Positions 1 through 9,533 of a stretch of 64,000 bases of DNA are shown here, piece after piece. The first letter of the stretch is position 1. Each line of letters begins with the position of its first letter. The notes under the pieces were generated by a model. That model was not told the DNA's origin and ran no database searches. It worked only from the letters and a program-made list of their open reading frames with translations. This stretch comes from an uncultured Pelagibacteraceae bacterium (GTDB lineage: Bacteria; Pseudomonadota; Alphaproteobacteria; Pelagibacterales; Pelagibacteraceae), in the NCBI GenBank assembly GCA_902635795.1, contig CACPPH010000001.1, forward strand, positions 16,244 through 80,243, written 5' to 3'. Both the position numbers and the translations under genes were made by a program.

Positions 1-969
1 GAAGTTGCAAAAACTGTTTTATCTAAATTTCCTTTTCAAAAAGTTGAAAAATATATTCAAGAAATTTTTTGGAGAGTTTATTGGAAAGGATGGCTGGAGC
101 TCAGACCTCAAGTTTGGACTGACTTTATAGAAGATTTAAAAGGGCTTAAGGAAGACGATAATTATAAAAAAGCAATCAATGGTGAAACTCAAATTGAATG
201 TTTTAATGATTGGGTAAAAGAGCTTAAAGAAAATAACTATTTACATAATCATACAAGAATGTGGTTTGCTAGCATTTGGATATTTACTTTAAATTTACCT
301 TGGCAGAAAGGTGCAGAGTTTTTTATGAAACATTTATACGATGGTGACGCCGCCTCTAATACTTTAAGTTGGAGATGGGTTGCAGGCTTACAAACTAAGG
401 GCAAACACTATGTTGCTCAGCCATGGAATATCAGCAAGTTTACAAATAATAGATATAAGAATGTTAAATTAAACGAAAATCCTTCTCCTTTAACAGACAA
501 TAGAGAGTATAAATTAAACACGCTTAATTTTATTACAGAAGATAATTCAAATGAAAATTTACTAGTTTTTGAAAACGAATTAAATTTAGAAAATAAAAAT
601 TTAAAAAAATACAAAAATATTTACTTAGTTTTATTGAGCAATAAGGCTCGAAAGTTAAAGCTCGGACAAAAGGTCCTAGACTATAAGACAAAAATAATTG
701 ATGACCAAAAAAAAAGATTTGAAGATTTACAAATCATAGATGAAGTAAAATTTCAAAATATAATAGAGGAAGTTAACTCTTTCGATGTTGTCCACCCGAG
801 CATTGGAGAGAATTTTTCTTATTTAAATTCTATGAGAAAAAAACGAGATTTAGAATTAAACTTAGTTTTCAGCGAGGAAGATAAATTTTCTTGGCAATTT
901 TCTAACAAAGGATTTTTTAATTTTAAAAATAACATTCCCAAAATTTTAACTAGTTTTAATTTACAATAA
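1..969 (+). CDS. Photolyase-family FAD-binding protein, 5'-partial; probably the inverted-domain (NewPHL-like) class
   Basis: Frame is open from base 1 (EVAKTVLSKF...QEIFWRVYWKGWLE), so the true start lies upstream of the window. Contains LHNHTRMWFAS and HLYDGDAASNTLSWRWVAG FAD-domain motifs. Confidence 0.85.
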   Translation, partial: EVAKTVLSKFPFQKVEKYIQEIFWRVYWKGWLELRPQVWTDFIEDLKGLKEDDNYKKAINGETQIECFNDWVKELKENNYLHNHTRMWFASIWIFTLNLPWQKGAEFFMKHLYDGDAASNTLSWRWVAGLQTKGKHYVAQPWNISKFTNNRYKNVKLNENPSPLTDNREYKLNTLNFITEDNSNENLLVFENELNLENKNLKKYKNIYLVLLSNKARKLKLGQKVLDYKTKIIDDQKKRFEDLQIIDEVKFQNIIEEVNSFDVVHPSIGENFSYLNSMRKKRDLELNLVFSEEDKFSWQFSNKGFFNFKNNIPKILTSFNLQ

Positions 970-970
970 T

Positions 971-1096
971 CTATTTAGAAGCACACTTTTTCGAGCAATA
1001 TTTTACTTTGCCCCAATTAAGTCTCCATTTTTTTCTCCAGGCAAAAGGTTTATTACAAATTGGACAAGTTTTTTTGGGCAAATTAGCTTTTTTCAT
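971..1096 (-). CDS. DUF2256-family small Cys-rich protein (41 aa)
   Basis: Not in the ORF track. Read manually: MKKANLPKKTCPICNKPFAWRKKWRLNWGKVKYCSKKCASK, matching the LPxKxCxxCxxPFxWRKKW...VxYCSxxC pattern. Overlaps the stop of the upstream DCC gene. Confidence 0.9.
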   Translation of the reverse strand: MKKANLPKKTCPICNKPFAWRKKWRLNWGKVKYCSKKCASK

Positions 1097-1442
1097 CATT
1101 AAGCAGATGTTTATTTTTTATAAATAGAAAATAAGCTACAATCTCATAGAGAATATTTAATATGAAAAATAAAGGTTTAATTTTAAATATCTTATATAAA
1201 AAATTATATTTAGGAACATTTTTCCAAATTATTAAAAAAGACTCTGCACCATCAATTACTCTCCCGTCTTGTATAACATGCATTCTTCTTAAAAGTTCTT
1301 TATATGATTTTGAGGTAACTTTTTGAGCTTCTTCATTAGTAGTTATATCTATCCATTCTACACTGTTATCACTATGTTTTTTGTAATGATTGATTTCAGC
1401 TCTACAAATATTACATGAATTGTTAAAAAAAACTTTAACCAT
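1083..1442 (-). CDS. DCC1-like thiol-disulfide oxidoreductase (DUF393)
   Basis: N-terminal FFNNSCNIC (DxxCxxC-like) and GAESFLIIW motif. Confidence 0.8.
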   Translation of the reverse strand: MVKVFFNNSCNICRAEINHYKKHSDNSVEWIDITTNEEAQKVTSKSYKELLRRMHVIQDGRVIDGAESFLIIWKNVPKYNFLYKIFKIKPLFFILNILYEIVAYFLFIKNKHLLNDEKS

Positions 1443-2916
1443 TAGTATTTTCTTTAATAAAATTATTTGCAGCTTTAAAAATTCTTATTTTTCTCTCTTT
1501 ATTCATTTTTTCAGAAACTCTAACCATCATTGCAAGACGTGGATTTTTTAAAAAGAATTTCTTATGTCTATCTATAAATTTCCAATATAATCCGTCCATT
1601 ACATCACACCAAGGACCTTTTTTAAAATGCATCATTTTAAGAAAATAACTAGATCCACAAATATAAGGTTTAGTTGCAAAAATTCCGCCGTCACTAAATA
1701 ACCCCATTCCATAAACATTTGGAGCCATTACCCAGTCAGATGAATCTACGAACATTTCCATAAACCATTTGTAAACTTGTTTAGGATTTATCTCACAAAG
1801 ATTCATTATATTTGCTAATATCATTAGTCTTTCAATATGATGCGACCAGCCGTAGTTTTTAGCATTATTAATTGCATGATCTAACGGATCTAAACCAGTA
1901 TTTCCGTCGTACCAGGATTTTTTCATTTTTCTTTTATGATTAAAAAAATTAGTGTTATCTAGTCGTTGATCATAGTTTTGATAAATTCCTCTCATAAACT
2001 CTCTCCAACCTATAATCTGTCTAATATAACCTTCTAAGGAATTCATAGGTACTTTATTTTCAATCTTTCTTAACTTCTCTATTATTTCTTCTGGGACTAT
2101 TAAACCTAAGTTTATAAGTGGACTTAACGCGCTATGAAAAACAGTATTTGATTTATCTGTTACTGCATCCTCATAATCTCCAAAAAGCTTTATTCTCTCT
2201 TTCAAAAACTCATCAAGCCACTTACTTGCGTCTTTTCGTGTTGTTGGAAACCAAAATTTATCAGTATTTCCTGGATGATCTTTAAAATTAGAATTTATAA
2301 ATTTTTTAAGAGTAATAGTTTCCTTTGTCTCTTTTACCTTAGAAATAACAGGAACTTTAATAGTATTCGGAAGTTTTTTTCTATTTTCTTCATCGAAACT
2401 CCATTTATTTCCTTTTGGAGTTCCATTCTTATTCATCAATAAATTCATTTTTGTTCTTACAATTTTATAAAAATTTGCCATGAAAGGCCGTTTATTTTTA
2501 GAAAGGTAATCTTTAAATTCCTGCCTCTCCATTAAAAACATTGGAGATCTAACTTGGTTAATCTTAAGTGAATTTTTTTTTCCTAAATTCAATATTCTTT
2601 TTTCAAAAAATTTATCCTCAATTTCAAAAAAAGTAATTTCTCTTATCTTTTTTTCTTTAATAGTCTTTTCTAATTTTTTTTCGTAAGATAATTTAAAATC
2701 TTTATTTACATCTTTATATATTAAATTAAAATTTTTTGATTTAAGCTCATCTTTAAATGATCTCATTGAAGATAAAAATAACAGTATTTTCAGTTTGTGA
2801 TGTTTTTCAAAGGTGCATAGACCATAGTCTTCTGCCATAAAAAAAGTATGATCTTTATAATCAGAGAGATATTTTGTGTTAAATAATTGATTTCCTAAAA
2901 TAATAAAAAGCTTCAT
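1435..2916 (-). CDS. Bacterial cryptochrome/(6-4) photolyase family (PhrB/CryB-like), lacking the Fe-S cysteines
   Basis: ILGNQLF, HHKLK, KWSFDEENRK, FGDYEDA, EGYIRQIIGWREFMRG, HHIERLM and KPY motifs. Start placed at MKLF (2916). Confidence 0.9.
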   Translation of the reverse strand: MKLFIILGNQLFNTKYLSDYKDHTFFMAEDYGLCTFEKHHKLKILLFLSSMRSFKDELKSKNFNLIYKDVNKDFKLSYEKKLEKTIKEKKIREITFFEIEDKFFEKRILNLGKKNSLKINQVRSPMFLMERQEFKDYLSKNKRPFMANFYKIVRTKMNLLMNKNGTPKGNKWSFDEENRKKLPNTIKVPVISKVKETKETITLKKFINSNFKDHPGNTDKFWFPTTRKDASKWLDEFLKERIKLFGDYEDAVTDKSNTVFHSALSPLINLGLIVPEEIIEKLRKIENKVPMNSLEGYIRQIIGWREFMRGIYQNYDQRLDNTNFFNHKRKMKKSWYDGNTGLDPLDHAINNAKNYGWSHHIERLMILANIMNLCEINPKQVYKWFMEMFVDSSDWVMAPNVYGMGLFSDGGIFATKPYICGSSYFLKMMHFKKGPWCDVMDGLYWKFIDRHKKFFLKNPRLAMMVRVSEKMNKERKIRIFKAANNFIKENTNG

Positions 2917-3000
2917 AGGTATCAAAATACATATTTTATTTATATATTACACGCGTCATTATTTGCATGTAAATAACCGTTAATAATGTTATTTTTAATC

Positions 3001-3711
3001 ATGAAAAAAGTAATTTTAGGTGCAACAGGATCGATTGGATCCTCTCTAGCAAAGAAATTAGCTAAGAGTGGCGAGGAATTACACTTAGTTGGTAGAGATG
3101 AGTCAAGCTTATCATCATTAGCCAATGAATTAAACTCAACATTTACTGTATGTGATGTTCTCGAAGAAAATTTTTCTGAAAAAATATTAGCAGATTTAAA
3201 AGATGAACAAATTAATGGTCTTGCTTTTTGTGTAGGCTCTATAGATTTAAAACCATTAAAGTTAACAAAAAAAAGTGATTTCATGCAGTCTTTCAATCTT
3301 AATCTTATTTCAGCAACAGAGATAATTAAGTCTTTAGCAGATAATTTAAAAAAAAATAAAGGTTCAATAGTTTTATTTTCAACAGTTGCCGTAAAACAAG
3401 GTTTTCCTAATCATGCGATTGTTTCATCAGCGAAAGGTGCAATAGAGGGTTTGACATTGGCTTTAGCCGCTGAGTTCGCCCCGAATATTCGTGTGAACTG
3501 TATTGCCCCTAGTTTGACAAACTCTAAAATTTCAAATTTTTTACTAAAAAATGAAAAAGTTGCCGAAGGTATCGCCAAAATGCACCCAATGAAAAGAATA
3601 GGTGAGGGAGCTGACTCCGCATCTGTTGCAAAGTTTCTTCTTACAGACGAGAGTTCTTGGATAACTGGTCAAATACTAGGCGTAGATGGGGGAAGATCAT
3701 CTGTCGCATAA
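3001..3711 (+). CDS. SDR-family NAD(P)-dependent oxidoreductase
   Basis: GATGSIG Rossmann motif, SSAKG, IRVNCIAP, WITGQILGVDGG. Confidence 0.85.
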   Translation: MKKVILGATGSIGSSLAKKLAKSGEELHLVGRDESSLSSLANELNSTFTVCDVLEENFSEKILADLKDEQINGLAFCVGSIDLKPLKLTKKSDFMQSFNLNLISATEIIKSLADNLKKNKGSIVLFSTVAVKQGFPNHAIVSSAKGAIEGLTLALAAEFAPNIRVNCIAPSLTNSKISNFLLKNEKVAEGIAKMHPMKRIGEGADSASVAKFLLTDESSWITGQILGVDGGRSSVA

Positions 3712-3742
3712 CAATTTAATTTTAAGTCGCTAAATAGATCTT

Positions 3743-4243
3743 ATGAAATATTTAAAAATATCGTTAATTTTTATTTTACTCAGTTCAAACCTCTTTGCTG
3801 CTGGCAGCGATAGCAGCAGTAGTAGTAGTGGAGGAGAAGATGCTTCAAAATCTGATTACAAGCAAGCAGTAAACTTAATTAAAAGAGCTAGTAAATTGGA
3901 AAAAAAAGATAAAATTGACAAAGCAAAAAAACTTTATTCTCAAGCTTTTAATAAACTCGAAAAAGCATATAAGTCTGATAAAAAAAATCCGGACATACTG
4001 AATTATATGGGCTTCACTACAAGAAAAGCCGGAAACTTTGATCAAGCTGAAAAATATTATCTTAAAGGATTGAGTATCAAACCTAATCATAATGGAATTA
4101 ATGAATATCTTGGGGAACTTTATGTGCAAACTAATAGAATCGATAAAGCCAACGAAAGGCTCGAAGTTTTAAAAGGTTGTAACTGTGAAGAATATGGTGA
4201 GCTCGAGCTAATAATTAAAACTCGAGGCACAAAAGTTTACTAA
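3743..4243 (+). CDS. Exported tetratricopeptide-repeat protein
   Basis: Signal peptide, Ser-rich linker, TPR helices (LNYMGF...YYLKGLSIKPNH...EYLGELY). Confidence 0.75.
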   Translation: MKYLKISLIFILLSSNLFAAGSDSSSSSSGGEDASKSDYKQAVNLIKRASKLEKKDKIDKAKKLYSQAFNKLEKAYKSDKKNPDILNYMGFTTRKAGNFDQAEKYYLKGLSIKPNHNGINEYLGELYVQTNRIDKANERLEVLKGCNCEEYGELELIIKTRGTKVY

Positions 4244-4617
4244 GACAAATCCACCGCAAATTTTTTCAATTTCTCAATTGGTATAAGTTCAAGTGTTTTA
4301 ATATTGGTTTTTTTTAAAAAAATTGAACATGCAGTATTTTCCTCTATCGCTCTCGCATACCAAGTCGCACAGACACACCAACAATCTCCATCTTTTAATC
4401 CTGCGAATCCAAATTCAGGATGAGGTGTAATCAAATCATTACCTACTTTCTTAGACCAAAGTAAAAATTTATCTGTCACTTTTGCACAAACTGTATGCAC
4501 CCCTCTATCATTTTTATCTGTATTACAACATCCATCCCTAAACCAACCTGTTAACGGATCATTAGAGCAAGGTTCTAAAGGCTCACCAAAAACATTTTTT
4601 TGAATTTCATCACTCAT
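4240..4617 (-). CDS. DUF2237-family protein
   Basis: NVFGEPLEPCS.DPLTGWFRDGCC, GNDLITP, GLKDGDCWCVCA. Confidence 0.9.
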   Translation of the reverse strand: MSDEIQKNVFGEPLEPCSNDPLTGWFRDGCCNTDKNDRGVHTVCAKVTDKFLLWSKKVGNDLITPHPEFGFAGLKDGDCWCVCATWYARAIEENTACSIFLKKTNIKTLELIPIEKLKKFAVDLS

Positions 4618-5222
4618 TTTGAAAAAACATTAGCAATTTTTTTATCTATTTCCAGATTAAACGAAAAGGATCTTCTTTCTCCACTTGCTTTAAATGGATA
4701 TGCTGTATGCATCAAATAATGCGGAAAAAGAATTACATCTCCTTCTTTTGGCTGATGATTGTAAATACTATCACTTAAAAACATCTTATTTCCATTTATA
4801 AAATCAATTGTGCCATCGATTTTTGATTTCTTGTAGCCCTTTGAAACAAATTTCGGAATTTTTAAGTAACCAACACCAGATATGTGTCCATCGTGGTAAT
4901 GTATTGGGTTATACTCATTATTAAATTGTCTTACTATCCAAAAATTTTTAATTGAAATTTTTTTTACTTTTTTTCCAATAGTTTTAAAAATATATTTTTT
5001 TACCTCATTAGATATTACTTTTTCCAAATTTTTTTTTATAAAAGATTTCGGTAATTGAAATTCCTGTTTGACCTGTCCGACTAATTTTTTTGAGTAATCC
5101 AGTTTTTTTAATAAACTCTTTTTATTTAAAATTTGGTCGACTTCGTTATTAATTTTTTTTATTAATTGATTAGAAAATTTTAATTTAGCTATTTTTGGAC
5201 CAAAAGGGCTTATTACTCTCAT
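4614..5222 (-). CDS. Putative 2OG-Fe(II) oxygenase
   Basis: NPIHYH...ISGVGYL...EGDVILFP..LMH...ERRSFSFN. Confidence 0.75.
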   Translation of the reverse strand: MRVISPFGPKIAKLKFSNQLIKKINNEVDQILNKKSLLKKLDYSKKLVGQVKQEFQLPKSFIKKNLEKVISNEVKKYIFKTIGKKVKKISIKNFWIVRQFNNEYNPIHYHDGHISGVGYLKIPKFVSKGYKKSKIDGTIDFINGNKMFLSDSIYNHQPKEGDVILFPHYLMHTAYPFKASGERRSFSFNLEIDKKIANVFSK

Positions 5223-5224
5223 AA

Positions 5225-5692
5225 TTAAAGCTTTGTTGGGTTGGGCTGACCTTTATAAACTTTTTCAGGGTCAAATTTTTTTTCTTTTTCTTTAAATTCT
5301 AATTTAATTTCTTCAGAATTTTTAATTTTTCCCAAAGGTATTGATCTGTAAAAGCATGATTTATATCCTACATGGCAGCTTGATCCGTTTCCTATATCTA
5401 CTGACATCCACAATGCATCCTGATCATCATCTATTCTTAGATCAATAACTTTTTGCACAAAACCGCTTGTTTTCCCTTTGTGCCATATATCTTTTCTAGA
5501 TCTACTCCAATAATGAGCTTCTTTACTTTCAATTGTTTTTTTTAGAGCTTCTTCATTCATGTAACCATGCATTAATAATTCACCGGAACTACTGTCAGAG
5601 GTGGTTACTGGAATAAGTCCATCTTTATCAAATTTAGGAGATAGAAATTTTCCTTCTTCTACCTCAAAAACGCTTTCTCTCTTTTTGAACAT
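5225..5692 (-). CDS. hisI: Phosphoribosyl-AMP cyclohydrolase
   Basis: GLIPV, YWSRSR..IWHKGKTSG, DDDQDA, CHVGYKSCFY. Start placed at MFKKR (5692). Confidence 0.95.
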   Translation of the reverse strand: MFKKRESVFEVEEGKFLSPKFDKDGLIPVTTSDSSSGELLMHGYMNEEALKKTIESKEAHYWSRSRKDIWHKGKTSGFVQKVIDLRIDDDQDALWMSVDIGNGSSCHVGYKSCFYRSIPLGKIKNSEEIKLEFKEKEKKFDPEKVYKGQPNPTKL

Positions 5693-5766
5693 GAGGGTAA
5701 AATAATGAAAAAAAGACAAAATAGCAATTTGCATTAATCAAATATGTCCTATAAAACCCTGTAACA

Positions 5767-6375
5767 ATGAAGTTAGTTAAAAATACAGATAAAACATCCT
5801 CAAAAAAGACTGAAGTTTCGGACAAACAGGCCGAAGAGGCATTTAAAACTATTCTTAAATGGATAGGTGAAGATCCAAATAGAGAAGGTCTTGTTGAAAC
5901 ACCAAAAAGAGTAATTAAAGCATTTAAGGAATATTTTAAAGGTTATAATCAAGATGCTGATGCTGATTTATCCAAAACATTCGGAGATGTTGAGGGTTAT
6001 GACGATATGGTGGTAGAAAAAAATATCACACTTGAAAGTCATTGTGAGCATCATATGGCACCTATAATTGGAGTGGCACATGTTGCTTATATTCCTGACA
6101 AAAAGGTTGTAGGCTTAAGCAAGTTAGCGAGAACGGTAGAAATATTCTCCAAAAGACTTCAAACTCAAGAAAGACTTACAATGCAGATCGCTAAAACTTT
6201 AATGAATTCATTAAACGCGAAAGGAGTAGCAGTTACTATTGATGCTGCTCACCAATGTATGACCATGAGAGGTGTTAAAAAAGAGAGAGCAACAACGGTT
6301 ACTAACTATTTTTTAGGTTCTTTCAGAGAAGACTTGGGTATTCAAAATAGATATTTAAGATATATTAAAAAATAA
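5767..6375 (+). CDS. folE: GTP cyclohydrolase I
   Basis: REGLVETPKRV, SHCEHH, GLSKLAR, QTQERLT, HQCMTMRG. Confidence 0.97.
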   Translation: MKLVKNTDKTSSKKTEVSDKQAEEAFKTILKWIGEDPNREGLVETPKRVIKAFKEYFKGYNQDADADLSKTFGDVEGYDDMVVEKNITLESHCEHHMAPIIGVAHVAYIPDKKVVGLSKLARTVEIFSKRLQTQERLTMQIAKTLMNSLNAKGVAVTIDAAHQCMTMRGVKKERATTVTNYFLGSFREDLGIQNRYLRYIKK

Positions 6376-7377
6376 ATGACTCAAAAATTTAAAGCCGTAG
6401 TCATAGATAATCAAAACGAAAAATTTACAAGAGAAATTAAAGAAATCGACACAAGTCATCTTAAGGATGGAAACGTTTTAGTCAAAATAGATTATTCAAG
6501 TCTTAATTACAAAGATGCATTAATTTTAAATAATGGAGGCAAGATTGTTAGAAAATTTCCCTTCGTTCCAGGTATAGATTTTTCAGGTACTGTAGTTGAA
6601 AGTGAAGATAATAAATTTAAAAAAGACGATAAAGTAATTTTAACTGGCTTTAGGGTAGGAGAGGCTTTCTTTGGTGGTTTTGCTCAGTACGCTAAAGTTG
6701 ACGCTAACTTTTTAATCAAAATACCTAAAGACTTAGATACTCGAAAGTCTATGATGCTAGGCACAGCAGGTTTTACAGCTCTTTTGTGCTCTTTTGCAGT
6801 CAAAGCTAAAGAAGAATTGTTGTTAGGTGAAAAAGTAAAAGATGTTTTGGTTACTGGCGCTACGGGGGGCGTTGGAAGTATTGCAGTAATGATCTTATCT
6901 AAAATGGGATATGATGTTCACGCTGTAACAGGAAAAAAAGATAAAAATGATTATCTAAAAGATTTAGGTGCGAAAAACATTATAGACAGAAAAGAATTTG
7001 AGGGAGAAAGTAAACTTCTAGAAAAAGGAGTATGGGACGGAGTTGTTGACACTGTAGGAGGTGCTGCCTTAACAAAAATATTTGCTCAAACAAAACCCGG
7101 CGGAATAGTTGCTGCATGTGGAAATGCAGGGGGAATAAAAATCAACACAAATGTGATGCCTTTTATTATAAGAGGAGTAAAACTATGGGGCATCGATTCG
7201 TCTGGTTCCTCAATAAAAAGAAGAGAGTTTGTCTGGGGCGAAGCAGCGAAATTGATTGATTTTTCAAAAGTTCAATCATTTACTAAAGAGCTCTCGTTTT
7301 CTGAACTTTTAGATACTTATCCTATGCTTTTAAAAGGTGAGTTTTCTGGAAGAGCTATAGTAAATCCAAATAAATAA
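6376..7377 (+). CDS. acuI: Acryloyl-CoA reductase (AcuI/YhdH, MDR family)
   Basis: YSSLNYKDAL, VPGIDFSG, GTAGFTA, TGATGGVGS, PFIIRGV.L.GIDS. Confidence 0.85.
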   Translation: MTQKFKAVVIDNQNEKFTREIKEIDTSHLKDGNVLVKIDYSSLNYKDALILNNGGKIVRKFPFVPGIDFSGTVVESEDNKFKKDDKVILTGFRVGEAFFGGFAQYAKVDANFLIKIPKDLDTRKSMMLGTAGFTALLCSFAVKAKEELLLGEKVKDVLVTGATGGVGSIAVMILSKMGYDVHAVTGKKDKNDYLKDLGAKNIIDRKEFEGESKLLEKGVWDGVVDTVGGAALTKIFAQTKPGGIVAACGNAGGIKINTNVMPFIIRGVKLWGIDSSGSSIKRREFVWGEAAKLIDFSKVQSFTKELSFSELLDTYPMLLKGEFSGRAIVNPNK

Positions 7378-7395
7378 ACTATAATCATTTAAATA

Positions 7396-8286
7396 ATGGA
7401 TTGGGATAAATTAAAAATTTTTCATACTGTTGCTGAGGCATCGAGTTTTACTAAAGCATCTACAATCTTAAACTTAAGCCAATCAGCAATTAGCCGCCAA
7501 ATTCAAGGTTTAGAGACTGATTTAAAGGTCCAATTATTCGAGCGTCATGCTAGAGGTTTAGTGCTTACCGAAAATGGTGAGTATCTTTTTAAATCAGCCC
7601 ACGAGGTTATTTCCAAATTGAAAGATGTTGAGTCAAACTTAAGCGGTCACAAAGATAAACTAAACGGAAAACTTATTGTAACTACCGTTGTAAGTTTTGG
7701 AACTACTTGGCTTACACCCAGAATAAAAGAATTCATGGATCTTCATCCAGGTATAGAAATTGAATTAATTTTCGACGATAGAGAGCTAGATTTAGCAACT
7801 CGTGAAGCTGATGTGGCAATCAGAATGAGACGACCAAAACAATTAAATTTAATACAGAAAAAATTCGTAGACTTCAATTATCACATATATGGTTCAAATG
7901 AATATTTAGAAAAAAACGGTTATCCAAAAACGCTTAAAGATTTAGATAAACACAAATTTATTACTTATGGTAAAGGAGCTCCTTCTCCTGTTTATAATCC
8001 TGATTGGGTATTGAAAGTTGGTTCAAAAGATGGAAAGAAAAGAAGATCCTTGATGAAAGTAAATAGTGTTTACGGACTTTTACTAGCTGTTCAAAGCGGC
8101 GTTGGTTTGGCTGCGCTTCCAGATTACATAGCTCATAATATTAGTGGTATCTCCAAAGTTTTACCAAACGAACCTGGCAAGCCGACCGAAACACATTTTG
8201 TTTATCCATCTTCTCTAAAAAATAATGCAAGACTTATGGCTTTTAGAAACTTTCTTTTTAGTAAGGTAAACGAGTGGAAATTTTAA
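7396..8286 (+). CDS. LysR-type regulator, LsrB/VtlR-like
   Basis: MDWDKLKIFH...LSQSAISRQ...RHARGL N-terminus and W.F C-terminus resemble rhizobial LsrB / Brucella VtlR as I recall them. Confidence 0.85.
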   Translation: MDWDKLKIFHTVAEASSFTKASTILNLSQSAISRQIQGLETDLKVQLFERHARGLVLTENGEYLFKSAHEVISKLKDVESNLSGHKDKLNGKLIVTTVVSFGTTWLTPRIKEFMDLHPGIEIELIFDDRELDLATREADVAIRMRRPKQLNLIQKKFVDFNYHIYGSNEYLEKNGYPKTLKDLDKHKFITYGKGAPSPVYNPDWVLKVGSKDGKKRRSLMKVNSVYGLLLAVQSGVGLAALPDYIAHNISGISKVLPNEPGKPTETHFVYPSSLKNNARLMAFRNFLFSKVNEWKF

Positions 8287-9392
8287 TATCTTTTATCATA
8301 CCGTTTATAATACTACTTACAGTTGTAGTATTTATTCATGAATATGGCCATTATTACTATGCTAAGAAGTATGGAGTGGGTGTCACAGATTTTTCTATAG
8401 GATTTGGTAAAGAAATATTTGGCTTTAATGACAAATCTGGAACAAGATGGAAATTCTGCGCAATTCCTCTTGGCGGATATGTAAAATTTTTTGGCGATAG
8501 AAATGTTTTTAGTCAAGCAGAGCAAGAAGAATTGTTAAAAAATTACAGTAAAGAAGATCAAGAGAAATTATTTGTGGTCAAACCTTTATATCAAAGATCA
8601 ATAATAGTAGCGGCTGGACCTTTTGCAAATTTTTTATTAGCAATATTTATTTTTGCATTCATCTATATGTTCGCCGGAAAAGATTTTACCCCTGCTCAAA
8701 TACAAGAGGTTCAAATTGAAAGTCCTGCTGAAGAGGCAGGCATTAAACCAGGTGATATTATCCAATCTATAAATGGCAAAGATGTAAATAGCATTATGGA
8801 AGTATCAGCTTTCATTAATTCCTCTTCATCAGAAATAATTGATATCGGCATATTAAGAAATGACAGTGAAATTACATTTTCTGTAAAACCTGAGGTAATT
8901 AGAGGGGAGGACTCTTTAGGCAATAAAGCAAATAAAAAGATTATTGGTATAAAAATAGCTCCTCTAAATGAAGAAATTAATAGAGAAAGACTAGGCCCAG
9001 CAACTGCTTTGTTTTATGCTTTTAAAGAGACTTGGTTTGTAATTGATGCTTCATGGAATTTTATTATTTCGATGTTTAAAGGCACAGGAGACACCACTCA
9101 ATTAGGTGGCCCTATAAAAATTGCTAAAATCACTGGTCAGGTTGCAAAACTGGGCTTTATAGCTTTTCTAAGCATTATGGCTTACATATCGATCAGTTTA
9201 GGATTTATTAATTTGTTACCTATTCCCATGTTAGATGGAGGGCACCTGATGTTTTATGCTTTTGAAAAGATTTTAGGGAGACCTTTAACACAAAGGACTC
9301 AGGAAGGATTTTTTCGAATCGGTCTTTTTTTATTACTTTCTTTAATGTTTTTCACAACATTTAATGATTTAAGAGATTTAGGCTTATTTTAA
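8274..9392 (+). CDS. rseP: RIP metalloprotease RseP
   Basis: HEYGH zinc motif, PLGGYVK, AAGPFAN, PDZ domain, NLLPIPMLDGGH. GTG start. Confidence 0.95.
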   Translation: MEILISFIIPFIILLTVVVFIHEYGHYYYAKKYGVGVTDFSIGFGKEIFGFNDKSGTRWKFCAIPLGGYVKFFGDRNVFSQAEQEELLKNYSKEDQEKLFVVKPLYQRSIIVAAGPFANFLLAIFIFAFIYMFAGKDFTPAQIQEVQIESPAEEAGIKPGDIIQSINGKDVNSIMEVSAFINSSSSEIIDIGILRNDSEITFSVKPEVIRGEDSLGNKANKKIIGIKIAPLNEEINRERLGPATALFYAFKETWFVIDASWNFIISMFKGTGDTTQLGGPIKIAKITGQVAKLGFIAFLSIMAYISISLGFINLLPIPMLDGGHLMFYAFEKILGRPLTQRTQEGFFRIGLFLLLSLMFFTTFNDLRDLGLF

Positions 9393-9438
9393 GCCATTTT
9401 TTTATTGAAAAAAGTCAATAAAATCAACGATTTTGACC

Positions 9439-9454
9439 ACACAATATATTGTGT
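9439..9454. promoter_or_regulatory. NrdR-box-like perfect palindrome upstream of the HU gene
   Basis: ACACAATATATTGTGT matches the NrdR consensus acaCwAtATaTwGtgt. It lies inside a 13-bp inverted repeat (9416-9428 / 9483-9495). Confidence 0.6.
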
Positions 9455-9533
9455 TGATATTTACGTGAAACACCAAAAAAATGTTGATTTTATTGGATTT
9501 TTATAGAGATTAATAAATAACTAAGGGGCATAA

